Positions 38,824 to 51,982 of a stretch of DNA of 58,446 nt are shown piece after piece. Source of the DNA: an uncultured Planctomycetales bacterium (GTDB lineage: Bacteria; Omnitrophota; Gorgyraeia; Gygaellales; Profunditerraquicolaceae); the NCBI GenBank assembly GCA_964487475.1, contig CAZAPM010000013.1, positions 1 through 58,446 on the forward strand, in the 5' to 3' direction. Numbering within the stretch: position 1 is the first letter of the stretch; each line of letters begins with the position of its first letter. The notes under the pieces were generated by a model. It saw nothing but the letters and a program-made list of their open reading frames with translations, did not search any database and was not told the origin of the DNA. The translations under genes were made by a program, and so were the position numbers.

Positions 38824-39329
38824 GCGCGAAAAAAAGCCCCGATCTTCAGGAGCGGTTCATGCGCGCGGCGATCGCCGAGGCGCAGTCGAATTTAAGGCCC
38901 GGCCGGATGCGGGGAGGCCCTTTTGGCGCCTGCCTGGTGCAGGGCAGGGGCGCACGCGCCCGGGTGATCGCGACCGCACATAATACGGTGCTGGTGCATG
39001 ACGCCACCGCGCATGCCGAGATCAATTGTATCCGTAAAGCTTCGAGGGTCCTGGGGACCTTCGACCTGCACGGATGCGTCATCTATTCCACCACCGAGCC
39101 CTGTCCGATGTGCTTTGCCGCCATCCATTGGGCCAGGATCGATGCCGTGGTATACGGCACGGCGGTCAGGGATGCCGCTGCCGCGGGTTTCAACGAACTG
39201 CGCGTGACGAACGCGTGGCTGAAGAAAAAAGGCGGCAGCCGGGTGGCGCTCTATCCCGGGTTCATGCGCCGGGAGTGCGGGGAGCTTTTCGCGCAATGGC
39301 GCGTCCACCCTTCGGCGCGCACGTACTAG
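38820..39329 (+). CDS. cytidine-deaminase-fold nucleoside/guanine deaminase
   Basis: GGPFGA, HAEI, EPCPMC. Confidence 0.9.
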   Translation: MSAKKSPDLQERFMRAAIAEAQSNLRPGRMRGGPFGACLVQGRGARARVIATAHNTVLVHDATAHAEINCIRKASRVLGTFDLHGCVIYSTTEPCPMCFAAIHWARIDAVVYGTAVRDAAAAGFNELRVTNAWLKKKGGSRVALYPGFMRRECGELFAQWRVHPSARTY

Positions 39330-39337
39330 GAGAGGAT

Positions 39338-39862
39338 ATGCCAAAGAATACGGGACGGTTGCACCGGGTGTTTTCCGGAAAACTGCTTAAGGTATACCGC
39401 CAGCGCATACGTTTTCCCAACGGGTATGTGGGTGATCTGGAGATCATCCGTCATCCCGGGGCCATACTGGTGGTACCGTTCCTCGACGCGGATACGGTGG
39501 TGATGCTGCGGCAGTACCGGCCGGTGATCGGCCGGTATCTCTGGGAGCTTCCCGCCGGGACCCTCAAGACGCGGGAGCCGTTGCTTGCTTGCGCCAGGCG
39601 GGAGCTGGGGGAAGAGACAGGATATCGGGCCGCGAAATGGCAGCGTGTGGGATGTATTTATCCGGCGCCCGGATATACCACCGAGAAGATCCATCTTTTT
39701 CTTGCGCGTTCCCTCGCGCCGCTTCCGCAGGCCCACCGGGAGGAGGATGAGCTCATCGAGGTCCGGCCGCTTTCCCGCAAAGCTATTGTAAAAATGTTCC
39801 GAGAGGGTACAATAGATGATGCTAAAACGATCTGTGCGTTGCGGTATGCGGGGATACTATGA
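39338..39862 (+). CDS. NUDIX hydrolase (ADP-ribose pyrophosphatase-like)
   Basis: QYR, WELPAG, ARRELGEETG Nudix box, DAKT. Confidence 0.9.
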   Translation: MPKNTGRLHRVFSGKLLKVYRQRIRFPNGYVGDLEIIRHPGAILVVPFLDADTVVMLRQYRPVIGRYLWELPAGTLKTREPLLACARRELGEETGYRAAKWQRVGCIYPAPGYTTEKIHLFLARSLAPLPQAHREEDELIEVRPLSRKAIVKMFREGTIDDAKTICALRYAGIL

Positions 39863-39873
39863 GGAGGTGCGCA

Positions 39874-40221
39874 ATGAGGTGTGCAGCTGCGGTAGCGGGG
39901 TGCGTGCTTTGTCTCTCGTTTGGATCGGCGGGCTGCTTGGCGAAGGGCAGCGGGCCGGGAGCGTTCTCTGGTCCGTGCGTGCAGTCTCCGGCGGTGCATG
40001 AGCCTGCGACCGCGGCCTCGAAGGAGCTGCTTTTGTCCGATCTGCGTTCCGGTAAACTGACGGCGGGCGCATTGGCGGAGAGTATCCGGGCCTCATACGG
40101 CGATGCCGATGAAATGATCGCGTCCCGCGCTGCGCTTCGGCTGCGGTACCGTATCTCGCCGCGCAAGACCTTGACGCTGTGGTTTGACGACGGGTGTCAT
40201 CTATCCATGTGGAGCGACTAA
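39874..40221 (+). CDS. exported hypothetical protein
   Basis: RBS GAGGAGG, signal-like N-terminus, fills the gap in the operon. Confidence 0.55.
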   Translation: MRCAAAVAGCVLCLSFGSAGCLAKGSGPGAFSGPCVQSPAVHEPATAASKELLLSDLRSGKLTAGALAESIRASYGDADEMIASRAALRLRYRISPRKTLTLWFDDGCHLSMWSD

Positions 40222-40231
40222 GGGGGCGGGG

Positions 40232-43348
<3,117 letters not shown>

Positions 43349-43353
43349 ATCCC

Positions 43354-43381
43354 TTGCTTTTTTCTTTACCTATTTTATAAT
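43354..43381 (+). promoter_or_regulatory. sigma70-type promoter
   Basis: TTGCTT-N16-TATAAT in an AT-rich spacer, RBS AGGAG downstream. Confidence 0.5.
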
Positions 43382-43401
43382 AGGGAGTTAGGAGAAAAGC
43401 G

Positions 43402-44100
43402 ATGAAGATATTGCGTACCCTCATATTTGCGTTCATGCTCGGCGTCTCGGTGGTATGCGCCGTGCAGTATGTCTCCATGCTGCGCGAAAAGATGCAGGTG
43501 CAGGAGCAGCTGCAGGCACAGGAGTCCTTAGTCGCTTCCCTGGAAGGGCAGAAAGCCGCGTTGACCAAGACCATCGAGGAAGAGCGCGTGCTGCGGCAGA
43601 AACTCGCCGAGGAGACCCTGGCGCTGAAGGATACCCTGCGCGCCAGCAAGCGGCGCATGTCGAAACTTTACGACGCCTACCTCGATTCCTCCCGGCAGGT
43701 GGATAAGATCGCCATGCAAACCGTCCTTCTGAAATCCGAGGTCCGCGACCTGCGCGCGGCATATCAGCAGCTGGAAACGAAATTCGCACGGCTGGAATCC
43801 GAGAACCTGCAATATAAAGCGACCATGGATTCCGTGGTCGAGCTTAAGAAAGCGATCCGGGAGGCCAAGCGCCGGGCGCGCCAGGCCAAGCGGGGCGCGG
43901 TGGCGCAGAGGCCCGCGGTCGTTCCCTCACTTCCCGCGCCTTCCGTTCCGGAAGCGCTTCCGGAACTGGCGGTGCAGGTCATCGATGACGGGCAGGGTAA
44001 CCGCGGATACATCGTGAAAGACGGCAAGCCGACTTATCCCGCCAGGGTCAGGATCGAAGTGAACCCGGCTGCTGAGGAAGCGCCTTCTTCCGTGCAATAG
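43402..44100 (+). CDS. membrane-anchored coiled-coil protein
   Basis: N-terminal hydrophobic helix, ~140-aa heptad-rich region, Pro-rich segment, GNRGYIVKDGKPT tail. Confidence 0.8.
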   Translation: MKILRTLIFAFMLGVSVVCAVQYVSMLREKMQVQEQLQAQESLVASLEGQKAALTKTIEEERVLRQKLAEETLALKDTLRASKRRMSKLYDAYLDSSRQVDKIAMQTVLLKSEVRDLRAAYQQLETKFARLESENLQYKATMDSVVELKKAIREAKRRARQAKRGAVAQRPAVVPSLPAPSVPEALPELAVQVIDDGQGNRGYIVKDGKPTYPARVRIEVNPAAEEAPSSVQ

Positions 44101-44114
44101 CTTACCGAAACCAT

Positions 44115-45539
44115 ATGAGTTCCGGGATCATACTTCTGTACGTGGTGACTGGCGTGGTCAGTTTCGTGACCGCAGTCATCCTCATCCGCACGGCGCGCTT
44201 GACCGGCCAGTCACGCGTGGCTCCGGTCGTGGCCGGCGCGGCAAAGAACGTCCCCCAGGAAGAATCCTCCCAGTCCCAATCCCTCGACGAGATGATCCAG
44301 GCCGAGCTTAAGGTCCTGGGCGAAGGCGACCGCTCCCAGGTCAGTCAGCGGGTCATGGCCGCGGTGACCAAGGAGATGCAGCGCCGCATCCAGGAAGCCA
44401 ACAAGGAGCTCAGCAAGAAGTACGAAGGGATCATCGACGAGAAGAACCATGACCAGGAGATCGTCTGGAAGAAATTCCATTCGGTGGTGGAGGAGAAGAA
44501 ACAGACCGAAGCGGTGATGCGCTCCGTTGCCGAAGGGCTGGTGGTGGTCGGTCCGGACGGCAAGGTGATCATGATGAACCCGGCGGCCGAGAAGCTGCTG
44601 GGGGTGACCAAGAAGGACAAGATCGGCAAGCCCATTACCGGGGACGTCCGGAACGATCAGCTTATCTCGCTGGTCAAGTCGGGCGGAGAGGGCAGGGATA
44701 AGGAGATCGAGCTTGCCAGCGGGGAGGACGAGACCAAGAAGGTGCTGCGCGCCTCCAGCGCGGTGATCGAGAACGAGAACGGCCAGCCGATCGGCATGGT
44801 GTCGGTCTTAAGCGACATCACCAAGCAGAAAGAGCTGGACAGGATGAAGTCGAACTTCGTCACCAGCGTTTCGCACGAGCTGCGCACGCCTCTGGTGGCG
44901 GTGGACAAATCCCTCAATCTCATCTTAAGCAAGGCGGCCGGTCCGCTTACCGACAATCAGCAGCAGTTCCTGGTGATCGCGCAGCGCAACCTGAAACGGC
45001 TTAACCGGCTTATCGACGACCTGCTCGACCTTTCGAAGCTGGAGGCGGGCAAGGTCGAGCTCAAGCGTCAGTCCCTGCCGATCGACCGTACGGTCGTTGA
45101 GACCATCGAGACCCTCGATAACTGGGCGAAGGCGAAATCCGTCACCCTGGCCAAGGAGGTGCAGGAGGGTATCCCTCCGGTGTACTTCGATCCCGACCGG
45201 ATCACCCAGGTCCTGAGCAATCTTATCGGCAACGCCATTAAATTCACGCCCCAGGGGGGCACGATCACCGTGGGCGCGTCGCTGCGCGCGGTCGACCGCA
45301 CGGTGGAAGTGACGGTGAGGGATACCGGCATAGGTATTTCCAAAGAGAACATCCCGAAGCTTTTTGACAAGTTCTATCAGGTGGGGGAGCGCAGTCCGGT
45401 GGAGATCAGCGGTACGGGGATCGGGCTTTCCATCGTCAAGGAGCTGGTGGAGCTGCACGGGGGGAAGATCTGGGTGGACAGCGTAAAAGATAAGGGCACG
45501 ACATTCACCTTTGTCCTGCCTTTGGCACAGGAGGGGTAA
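44115..45539 (+). CDS. membrane-anchored PAS sensor histidine kinase
   Basis: Single N-terminal TM, coiled coil, PAS, SHELRTPL, NAIKFT, GTGIGL. Confidence 0.92.
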   Translation: MSSGIILLYVVTGVVSFVTAVILIRTARLTGQSRVAPVVAGAAKNVPQEESSQSQSLDEMIQAELKVLGEGDRSQVSQRVMAAVTKEMQRRIQEANKELSKKYEGIIDEKNHDQEIVWKKFHSVVEEKKQTEAVMRSVAEGLVVVGPDGKVIMMNPAAEKLLGVTKKDKIGKPITGDVRNDQLISLVKSGGEGRDKEIELASGEDETKKVLRASSAVIENENGQPIGMVSVLSDITKQKELDRMKSNFVTSVSHELRTPLVAVDKSLNLILSKAAGPLTDNQQQFLVIAQRNLKRLNRLIDDLLDLSKLEAGKVELKRQSLPIDRTVVETIETLDNWAKAKSVTLAKEVQEGIPPVYFDPDRITQVLSNLIGNAIKFTPQGGTITVGASLRAVDRTVEVTVRDTGIGISKENIPKLFDKFYQVGERSPVEISGTGIGLSIVKELVELHGGKIWVDSVKDKGTTFTFVLPLAQEG

Positions 45540-45540
45540 G

Positions 45541-45930
45541 ATGGAAGAGAAGAAGATCAGGGTATTGGTGTCCGACGACGAAGCGGATTTCCGCCAGCTG
45601 ATGACGTTCTGGCTGGAATCGAAAGGGTACGCGGTGATCGCCGCTTCCAACGGAGCGCAGGCAGTGGAGCTGTACAATCAGGAGAAGCCGGACATCATCT
45701 TCATGGATATGCGCATGCCGGTGATGGACGGGCTTGACGCCATCCGGGCGATCAGGTCGGCAGACAAGGATACCCCGATCATCGTCATCAGCGCGTACGT
45801 GGACGATCCCAACGCCAAGGAGGCCATGACGCTGGGCATCTCGGGGGTATTCTACAAAGGCAAGGATTTCGAGGAGGGGCTTTCCCTGCTCGACGTCGCG
45901 TTGCGTACGCACAAACACCTTAAAAAATGA
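45541..45930 (+). CDS. single-domain response regulator
   Basis: VLVSDDE, DIIFMDMRMPVMDG, ISAY. Confidence 0.92.
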   Translation: MEEKKIRVLVSDDEADFRQLMTFWLESKGYAVIAASNGAQAVELYNQEKPDIIFMDMRMPVMDGLDAIRAIRSADKDTPIIVISAYVDDPNAKEAMTLGISGVFYKGKDFEEGLSLLDVALRTHKHLKK

Positions 45931-48431
45931 AACTACGACGACTCCTGTTCATCGCGGCCAGTCTCGGGGCCCTGCTGGCCGTCAACCTCTGGCTGCGCGC
46001 CTTCCCGGTGTTCTTCCCGCAGATAAAGAAGCAGGCGCACGAGGTGGTGCTCCAGCAGGTGCGCCAGGCTGTGGCCCAGGACGTGGGCAGGCGGTTCGGC
46101 CAGTTCAACGAGTTGGCCAAGGATAAGCTCCTGGAGACCCGTTTTGCGGAAGCCAGGCGCGCTTCGCGCAAGGAGATCGCTTCCCAGACGGAGCAGCTCT
46201 ACCGGCAGATGAAGGAGAAATTCCAGGATGAGGCCGGGCACACCTATCTGATGGAGCTCGATTGCTGGCACTGGGCGCGATATGTCAAGAACGTCCTGGA
46301 AAAGGGCCGCCCGGGCGACGAGGTGGTCAACGGCGAGCAGTGGGACCTGTATATGCTGGCCCCGCAGGGCAGTTACCTGCATTGGGATAATTTCCTGTTC
46401 TACCTTTCGGCGTTCCTGTACCGGGTGTTCTCACTCTTCCATCAGGCGACGCTTTTCCACTTTTTATTCTATGTGCCGCTGCTCTTTACCGCGGCGCTGC
46501 TCGTCTGCCTGTATTTCTTTTCCTACCGGCTGGGAGGGTATCCCGCCGCGATCGTCAGCTGTCTGGTGGTGGGGATGAGCCAGATGTTCCTGCCGAGAAG
46601 CTGTGCCGGCTGGTTCGACAAGGACGTGCTCAACATCCTGCTGCCTTTGCTGGCCGCGTGGAGCTACCTGTATTCCTTCGAGGCGGCCGCAGTGCGGGTG
46701 CGCCTGTTCTGGGTGGGGATGTCGGCGTTCTGGGTGGGGATCTTCTGTTTCAACTGGACGTTCTGGTGGTTCATCGCCGCGGTGATCGTGATGTTCGAAG
46801 GGGCGATCCTCTGCCTGCTGGGAGCCGAACGCATGCTGCGCAAGGCCGAGAACCGCGCGGTGATGGCGCAGCATCTGATCTCCCTGGGGACGTTCCTGGG
46901 GTTCACCCTGCTATGGGTGCTGGTTTTTTCCGGCCCGAAGCCTCTGGTGGAGCTCTACCGCCAGCTGCAGCTGGCCTTTATCCTCAACAAGCCGCTGATG
47001 GCCTCTATCTGGCCCAATGTCTATTCTACCGTGGGAGAACTGCGCCGCCTGAATTTCAAGGAGACCATGGATGCCGTGGGCGGGGCGTGGATATTCGTCC
47101 CGGCGTGCCTTATGCTGCTGGGATTGCTGATCCGGGGCATCGTCGACAGGTCCTGGGAGGCGCATAAGCGACGCGCGGTATTGCTTTTGTCGGTCTGGTT
47201 CCTTTCCATGCTTTTCGCGAGCTCGCGCGGGATCCGTTTCGTGGTATTCATGCTCCCGCCGCTGGGGATCGCGCTGGGATGGGGGGTGCATGAGCTGTAT
47301 CTGCGTTTCCGCTTCCGTTACCGGATCTACTCCTGGCTGTTCTCCGCCGCATGCTGTATCCTGGTGGCCTGGGCGGTCATCCCCCGCGGATATATGTCCG
47401 CCATGCGCATCTTCCCGCTGATGGATGATACCTGGTACAGGGTCCTTTCCCTGGTGGATGAGAAAACCCCTAAGGATACCATCCTCAACTCCTGGTGGGA
47501 TTTCGGGGACTGGTTCAAGGTGGTAGGCAACCGCCGTGTCATTTTCGACGGGCAGAGCCAGGATACGCCCCAGGCGTTCTGGATGGGCAAGGCGCTTTTG
47601 AGCCAGGACGAGGTCAAAGCGGCCGCGATCCTGCGCATGCTCAATAACGGCGGCAACAAGGCGTTCGAGGTGGTCAACCAGCACGTGAAGGATGAGCTGC
47701 GTTCCGTGCTGCTGCTGGAAAGCATCCTGGGCGCGAAGCCGGAGGATGCCCAGCCGCTTTTGGCGGAATACCTCCCCGTGCCCGCGGTACAGCAGGTGAT
47801 GGGGCTGCTGTACGCCAAGCCCGCCCCGGCGTATTTCGTGGTGGACCCGACCCTGCAGTACAAGATGCCGGCGATCTCATTCCTGGGGAACTGGGATTTC
47901 GCGAAGGTCTACATCGTGCAGAACTTCAACAAGCTGGAGAAGGAAAAAATACTCGAGTACCTGCAGAAACTGGGCAAGGATCCGCAGGAGATGCAGCAGT
48001 ATTATCAGGAAGCGTTCCTCATCTCCAGGGATAAGCTGGACCGCTGGCTTTCCCGCCCGGTGCAGTTCATGGGCGTCTATTCCAGCGGCAGGGAGCAGAA
48101 CGGTATCGTGACCTTTGCCAACGGCATGACCTTCGATGTGAGGAACCGGATGGCAAAATCCCTGCAGGGGCAGGTGCCCAGGAGCATATTCATGATGCAG
48201 GAGGGGCAGCTGGTGGAGATCCCCGTGCCGGGGGCCAACATCGACCTCTCCGTCCTGGTGACCTTCGATCAGGAGAGGGGATGGAGGTGCATGATGATGT
48301 CTCCTTCCCTGGGCCGCAGCCTTTTCACGAGATTATATTATCTCAAGGCCGAGGGCCTGACTCGTTTCCGTCCCTTCGTGGATGCGGAGGAGGGGAATAA
48401 TTTCACCAGGGTACTGGCGATCCAGTGGTAA
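45927..48431 (+). CDS. STT3/AglB/PglB-type oligosaccharyltransferase
   Basis: Multi-TM GT-C with ELDCW, RS..GWFDKD, TVGE and SWWDFG motifs. Confidence 0.88.
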   Translation: MKLRRLLFIAASLGALLAVNLWLRAFPVFFPQIKKQAHEVVLQQVRQAVAQDVGRRFGQFNELAKDKLLETRFAEARRASRKEIASQTEQLYRQMKEKFQDEAGHTYLMELDCWHWARYVKNVLEKGRPGDEVVNGEQWDLYMLAPQGSYLHWDNFLFYLSAFLYRVFSLFHQATLFHFLFYVPLLFTAALLVCLYFFSYRLGGYPAAIVSCLVVGMSQMFLPRSCAGWFDKDVLNILLPLLAAWSYLYSFEAAAVRVRLFWVGMSAFWVGIFCFNWTFWWFIAAVIVMFEGAILCLLGAERMLRKAENRAVMAQHLISLGTFLGFTLLWVLVFSGPKPLVELYRQLQLAFILNKPLMASIWPNVYSTVGELRRLNFKETMDAVGGAWIFVPACLMLLGLLIRGIVDRSWEAHKRRAVLLLSVWFLSMLFASSRGIRFVVFMLPPLGIALGWGVHELYLRFRFRYRIYSWLFSAACCILVAWAVIPRGYMSAMRIFPLMDDTWYRVLSLVDEKTPKDTILNSWWDFGDWFKVVGNRRVIFDGQSQDTPQAFWMGKALLSQDEVKAAAILRMLNNGGNKAFEVVNQHVKDELRSVLLLESILGAKPEDAQPLLAEYLPVPAVQQVMGLLYAKPAPAYFVVDPTLQYKMPAISFLGNWDFAKVYIVQNFNKLEKEKILEYLQKLGKDPQEMQQYYQEAFLISRDKLDRWLSRPVQFMGVYSSGREQNGIVTFANGMTFDVRNRMAKSLQGQVPRSIFMMQEGQLVEIPVPGANIDLSVLVTFDQERGWRCMMMSPSLGRSLFTRLYYLKAEGLTRFRPFVDAEEGNNFTRVLAIQW

Positions 48432-48447
48432 CCGGAACGCAGGGGGA

Positions 48448-49599
48448 ATGATGCCGCAGGAGAACGAACCTATAGAAGTGTCGGTCGTGCTGCCGTGCCT
48501 GAACGAGGAGAAAGGGCTTGGCCTGTGCATCGCCAAGATCAAGGAAGTGTTCTCCCGGGAAAGGCTGCGGGGAGAGATCGTGGTGGCGGACAACGGCTCT
48601 ACCGACAATTCGGTGAAGATCGCGCAGGATGCCGGCGCGCGCGTGGTGCATGAGCCGCAAAAAGGCTACGGCGCGGCGTACCTCTGCGGACTGCGCCATG
48701 CCCGGGGCAGGTACATCGTCATCGGGGACAGCGATAATACGTATGATTTCAACGCCATCCCTGCGTTCTTGGGCCGGCTGCGGGAAGGGTGCGAGTTCGT
48801 GCTTGGCTCGCGCTTCAAGGGCACGATGCGCAAGGGCGCCATGTCCTGGTCCCACCGCTACGTCGGCAATCCCATCCTTTCCGGCCTGTGCCGGCTTTTT
48901 TTCCGCACGTCGCTTTCCGATATCCACTGCGGGATGAGGGCCTTTACCCGCGACGCGTACCTCAGGATGAAACTGCGCACGCTGGGTATGGAGTTCGCCA
49001 CCGAAATGGTGGTCTCTGCGCTGGCCAACGATATCAAGGTCTGCGAGATCCCGATCGACTATTTCCCACGGGAGGGGGATTCCAAGCTCATCCCTCTGGC
49101 CGATGCCTGGCGCCATATCCGGTTCATGCTCCTGTATTCCCCGCAGTGGCTGTACTTCGTGCCCGGCGTGGCCGGCCTGACCGCGGGGCTGCTGCTGCAG
49201 GCGTTCCTGCTCCGGGGCCCGGTATGGTTCCTCGGCCGGCAGTGGGACGTGCACGTGATGGTCTTTGCCAGCATGCTTTCGATCCTCTCTTACCAGGTGT
49301 TCCACCTGGGGGTCTACGCGCACACCTTCGCCATCCGGCAGGGGTTCGTCAAGTATGACCGGGTGACGATTTTTTTCCAGAAGCGTTTTAACCTCGAGAA
49401 AGGTTTACTCCTGGGAGGGGTGCTTTTCCTGGCCGGCGTAGGCGTGGCTGCGGCGGTATTTGTCGAATGGTGGGCTGCCGGCTTCGGGGTGCTGGCCAGG
49501 GTCAGGGAGATGCTGCTGGCCATGACCCTGATAGTGCTGGGGGTGCAGACGGTATACTCTTCCTTTTTCATCAGCCTGCTTTTCCTGGAGAAAGAATGA
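48448..49599 (+). CDS. GT2 glycosyltransferase (polyprenol-P sugar synthase-like) with C-terminal TMs
   Basis: PCLNEE, VADNGSTD, GDSDNTYD, DIHCGMRAF, MEFATEM. Confidence 0.9.
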   Translation: MMPQENEPIEVSVVLPCLNEEKGLGLCIAKIKEVFSRERLRGEIVVADNGSTDNSVKIAQDAGARVVHEPQKGYGAAYLCGLRHARGRYIVIGDSDNTYDFNAIPAFLGRLREGCEFVLGSRFKGTMRKGAMSWSHRYVGNPILSGLCRLFFRTSLSDIHCGMRAFTRDAYLRMKLRTLGMEFATEMVVSALANDIKVCEIPIDYFPREGDSKLIPLADAWRHIRFMLLYSPQWLYFVPGVAGLTAGLLLQAFLLRGPVWFLGRQWDVHVMVFASMLSILSYQVFHLGVYAHTFAIRQGFVKYDRVTIFFQKRFNLEKGLLLGGVLFLAGVGVAAAVFVEWWAAGFGVLARVREMLLAMTLIVLGVQTVYSSFFISLLFLEKE

Positions 49600-50351
49600 A
49601 GCTTTCCATCGTGATTCCCGTACGCAACGAGGAGAAGGGGATCCGCCGCGTGCTGGAGGCCCTGCTTGCCCGGATGCAGGAAGCGTCCGTTCCCTGCGAG
49701 GTGCTGGTGGTCAATGACCGCTCGACCGACGGCACGGTCGAGGTGGTGCGTCAGCTTTCCGCCGCCTGCCCCCAGGTGCATCTGCTGGATTCACCCCGGC
49801 CCCACGGCTTCGGCCTGGCTATACGCAAGGGGTTCGAGTCGATGAAGGGGGAGGCGGTGGTGGTCTATATGGGCGACGGATCGGACGATCCGGAGGACGT
49901 GTTGCTGTATTACCGCACGCTGCAACAGGGGTTCGACTGCGTGTTCGGTTCCCGGTTCATCCGCGGCTCCCGGGTCAGCGGATACCCCTGGCTTAAGCTT
50001 TTCCTCAACCGGATGGGCAACAAGTTCATCCAGATGCTTTTTTTACTTCCTTACAATGACGTCTCCAACGCCTTTAAAGCCTACCGGGCTCCGGTGATCA
50101 AGGCCGTGCAGCCGCTGGTATCGCAGTATTTCAATATTACCGTCGAGGTTCCATTGAAGGCCATAGTACGGGGATTCTCCTATACCGTGGTGCCGATCCG
50201 CTGGAACGGCAGGGAGAGCGGTGTGAGCAAGTACCGCATCAAGGAGCTTTCCCGCAAGTATTTTTTCTCCATCCTTTATGTCTGGCTGGAAAAGATACTG
50301 CTCAAGGAAGAGCTGGTGGTCTCCCGCAGTCAAGAAAGGACCAAGCGTTGA
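49596..50351 (+). CDS. GT2 glycosyltransferase (DPM1-like)
   Basis: IPVRNEE, VNDRSTD, GDGSDDP, GSRF, NAFKAYR. Confidence 0.9.
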   Translation: MKLSIVIPVRNEEKGIRRVLEALLARMQEASVPCEVLVVNDRSTDGTVEVVRQLSAACPQVHLLDSPRPHGFGLAIRKGFESMKGEAVVVYMGDGSDDPEDVLLYYRTLQQGFDCVFGSRFIRGSRVSGYPWLKLFLNRMGNKFIQMLFLLPYNDVSNAFKAYRAPVIKAVQPLVSQYFNITVEVPLKAIVRGFSYTVVPIRWNGRESGVSKYRIKELSRKYFFSILYVWLEKILLKEELVVSRSQERTKR

Positions 50352-51982
50352 GAAACCGCATCCTGGGTTGGGTTCTTATCTGCGTGATCGCCGCCGGAGG
50401 GCTCTTCCTGCGCTGCCGCGAGCTCGATTTTCCTTCGATCGGGTACCATAACATGAAGGAGAACGAGTATTTGAGCATGGCCCAGGCCATGCTGGATGAG
50501 CGTTCCCTGGCCGTGCGCAAGATATATTTCTACAATGCCTTCGGGGAGGGGACGGGGATCGGGGTCAATAAGGCGCTGCCCCTGGTCATGTTCCAGCTGC
50601 CGATGGTCTCCTACCATATACTTTTTTCCTGGAAGGTGTTCGGAGAGAATCTCTGGGGGCCGCGGCTGCTGCAGGCGGGTTTCGGCGCGGGTGCGATCCT
50701 GCTGATGTACTGGTTCAGCCTGCTGGTCACGGGAAGGGTGCGCCTGGCCCTTTTTTCCGGAGCTGTCCTGGCGGTCGCGCCTTTGGCCGTGTTCTTCTCC
50801 CGTAACCTGCAGCCGGAGAGCCCGGCGTTCTTCTTCATGGTGGCGGCGATGATCGCCTGGGCGAGTTACTCCCGTAACCTTGCGCGTACGGCTTTGTGCG
50901 CGGCTGCGGCCGCGACCGTGCTTACCGGCCTTTACAAGATGAGCTTTCTCTTCGGAGTGCTGCCTATGGCCGCCTGCCTGCCGTGGCGGAGGATCCTCGC
51001 GGAGAAGAAGAGGGTATGGGATCTCTGCCTTTGGTATGCGTTCCCGGTCCTGGCCGCGGCTGCGGCAGCGGCCCTGCTGGCGCGTACCCAGCAATGGCAG
51101 TTCAACGAAGCGGCCCGGGTCAACCTGCTCGAGGTCTTTACCCCGCGGTACCTTTCCCAGTACGGCAGGCAGCTCTGGTGGTACGCCAAGGACGAGAACT
51201 TCACCGTCGTTTTTTTCGGCCTGGCGATGTGCGGCGTGGCCGGCGCGCTCATCCGGCGCAAGGGCCTGCTGGACCGCTTCCTGATCGGCTCCGTAGTCTC
51301 CCTGGTGGCGTATGCGGCAGTGTTCTCGGATTTCATTAACCAGCATAATTATTATCAGATGCCTTTTTTGCCCCTGGTCTGCCTGGGGGCGTGCGCCTGG
51401 GTGCGGGATTTCGCGGGAGTGCTGCGCCGGAAATTTTCGGTCGATCTGAGCGCGGTGCTGATACTCGTGTCCCTGGCAGCGGCGCTGCCGCTGGCCAAGC
51501 TTTCCCTTGACCGGATGTTCGGCACCGTGTTCCTGGGTACGGATGTGGCCGGCTCCTCCCTTAAGGAGTATACCCAGCCGCAGGAGCGGATATTCCTCAA
51601 TACCTACGCCCAGGGGTATGCGATCGCCCGTTATGCGCGCCGGCCGGTCGGCTGGCCGGATACCTTCGCGGAGTTCAAGGAGAAGGAAGCCCGTTTCAAT
51701 ATCCGGTATCTTTGTTTCTATCCTTCGGAGTTCGCGCTGGCGCTGAAGTCCCGGGACCCGGAGTGGTTCGAATACATCCGGCAGAACTATCACGTCCGGG
51801 AGGTCGGGTTGACGGAGGAACCGCGCAAGGTCTATTACGTGATCCTGGAAAAGGGGAAAGGATCCGAGGATAAGGATTTCCTCCAGTCTTTCAGCGGGCA
51901 GATCACCTCCCGCGCCCTGTACAGCCTTTTCGGCAGGTACATATTCTTCTATACGCTGCGCCCGGATCCCGGAAATGGGTGA
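50348..51982 (+). CDS. ArnT/PMT-like GT-C glycosyltransferase
   Basis: Multi-TM, FSRNLQPE, HNYYQMP, soluble C-terminal domain. Confidence 0.8.
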   Translation: MRNRILGWVLICVIAAGGLFLRCRELDFPSIGYHNMKENEYLSMAQAMLDERSLAVRKIYFYNAFGEGTGIGVNKALPLVMFQLPMVSYHILFSWKVFGENLWGPRLLQAGFGAGAILLMYWFSLLVTGRVRLALFSGAVLAVAPLAVFFSRNLQPESPAFFFMVAAMIAWASYSRNLARTALCAAAAATVLTGLYKMSFLFGVLPMAACLPWRRILAEKKRVWDLCLWYAFPVLAAAAAAALLARTQQWQFNEAARVNLLEVFTPRYLSQYGRQLWWYAKDENFTVVFFGLAMCGVAGALIRRKGLLDRFLIGSVVSLVAYAAVFSDFINQHNYYQMPFLPLVCLGACAWVRDFAGVLRRKFSVDLSAVLILVSLAAALPLAKLSLDRMFGTVFLGTDVAGSSLKEYTQPQERIFLNTYAQGYAIARYARRPVGWPDTFAEFKEKEARFNIRYLCFYPSEFALALKSRDPEWFEYIRQNYHVREVGLTEEPRKVYYVILEKGKGSEDKDFLQSFSGQITSRALYSLFGRYIFFYTLRPDPGNG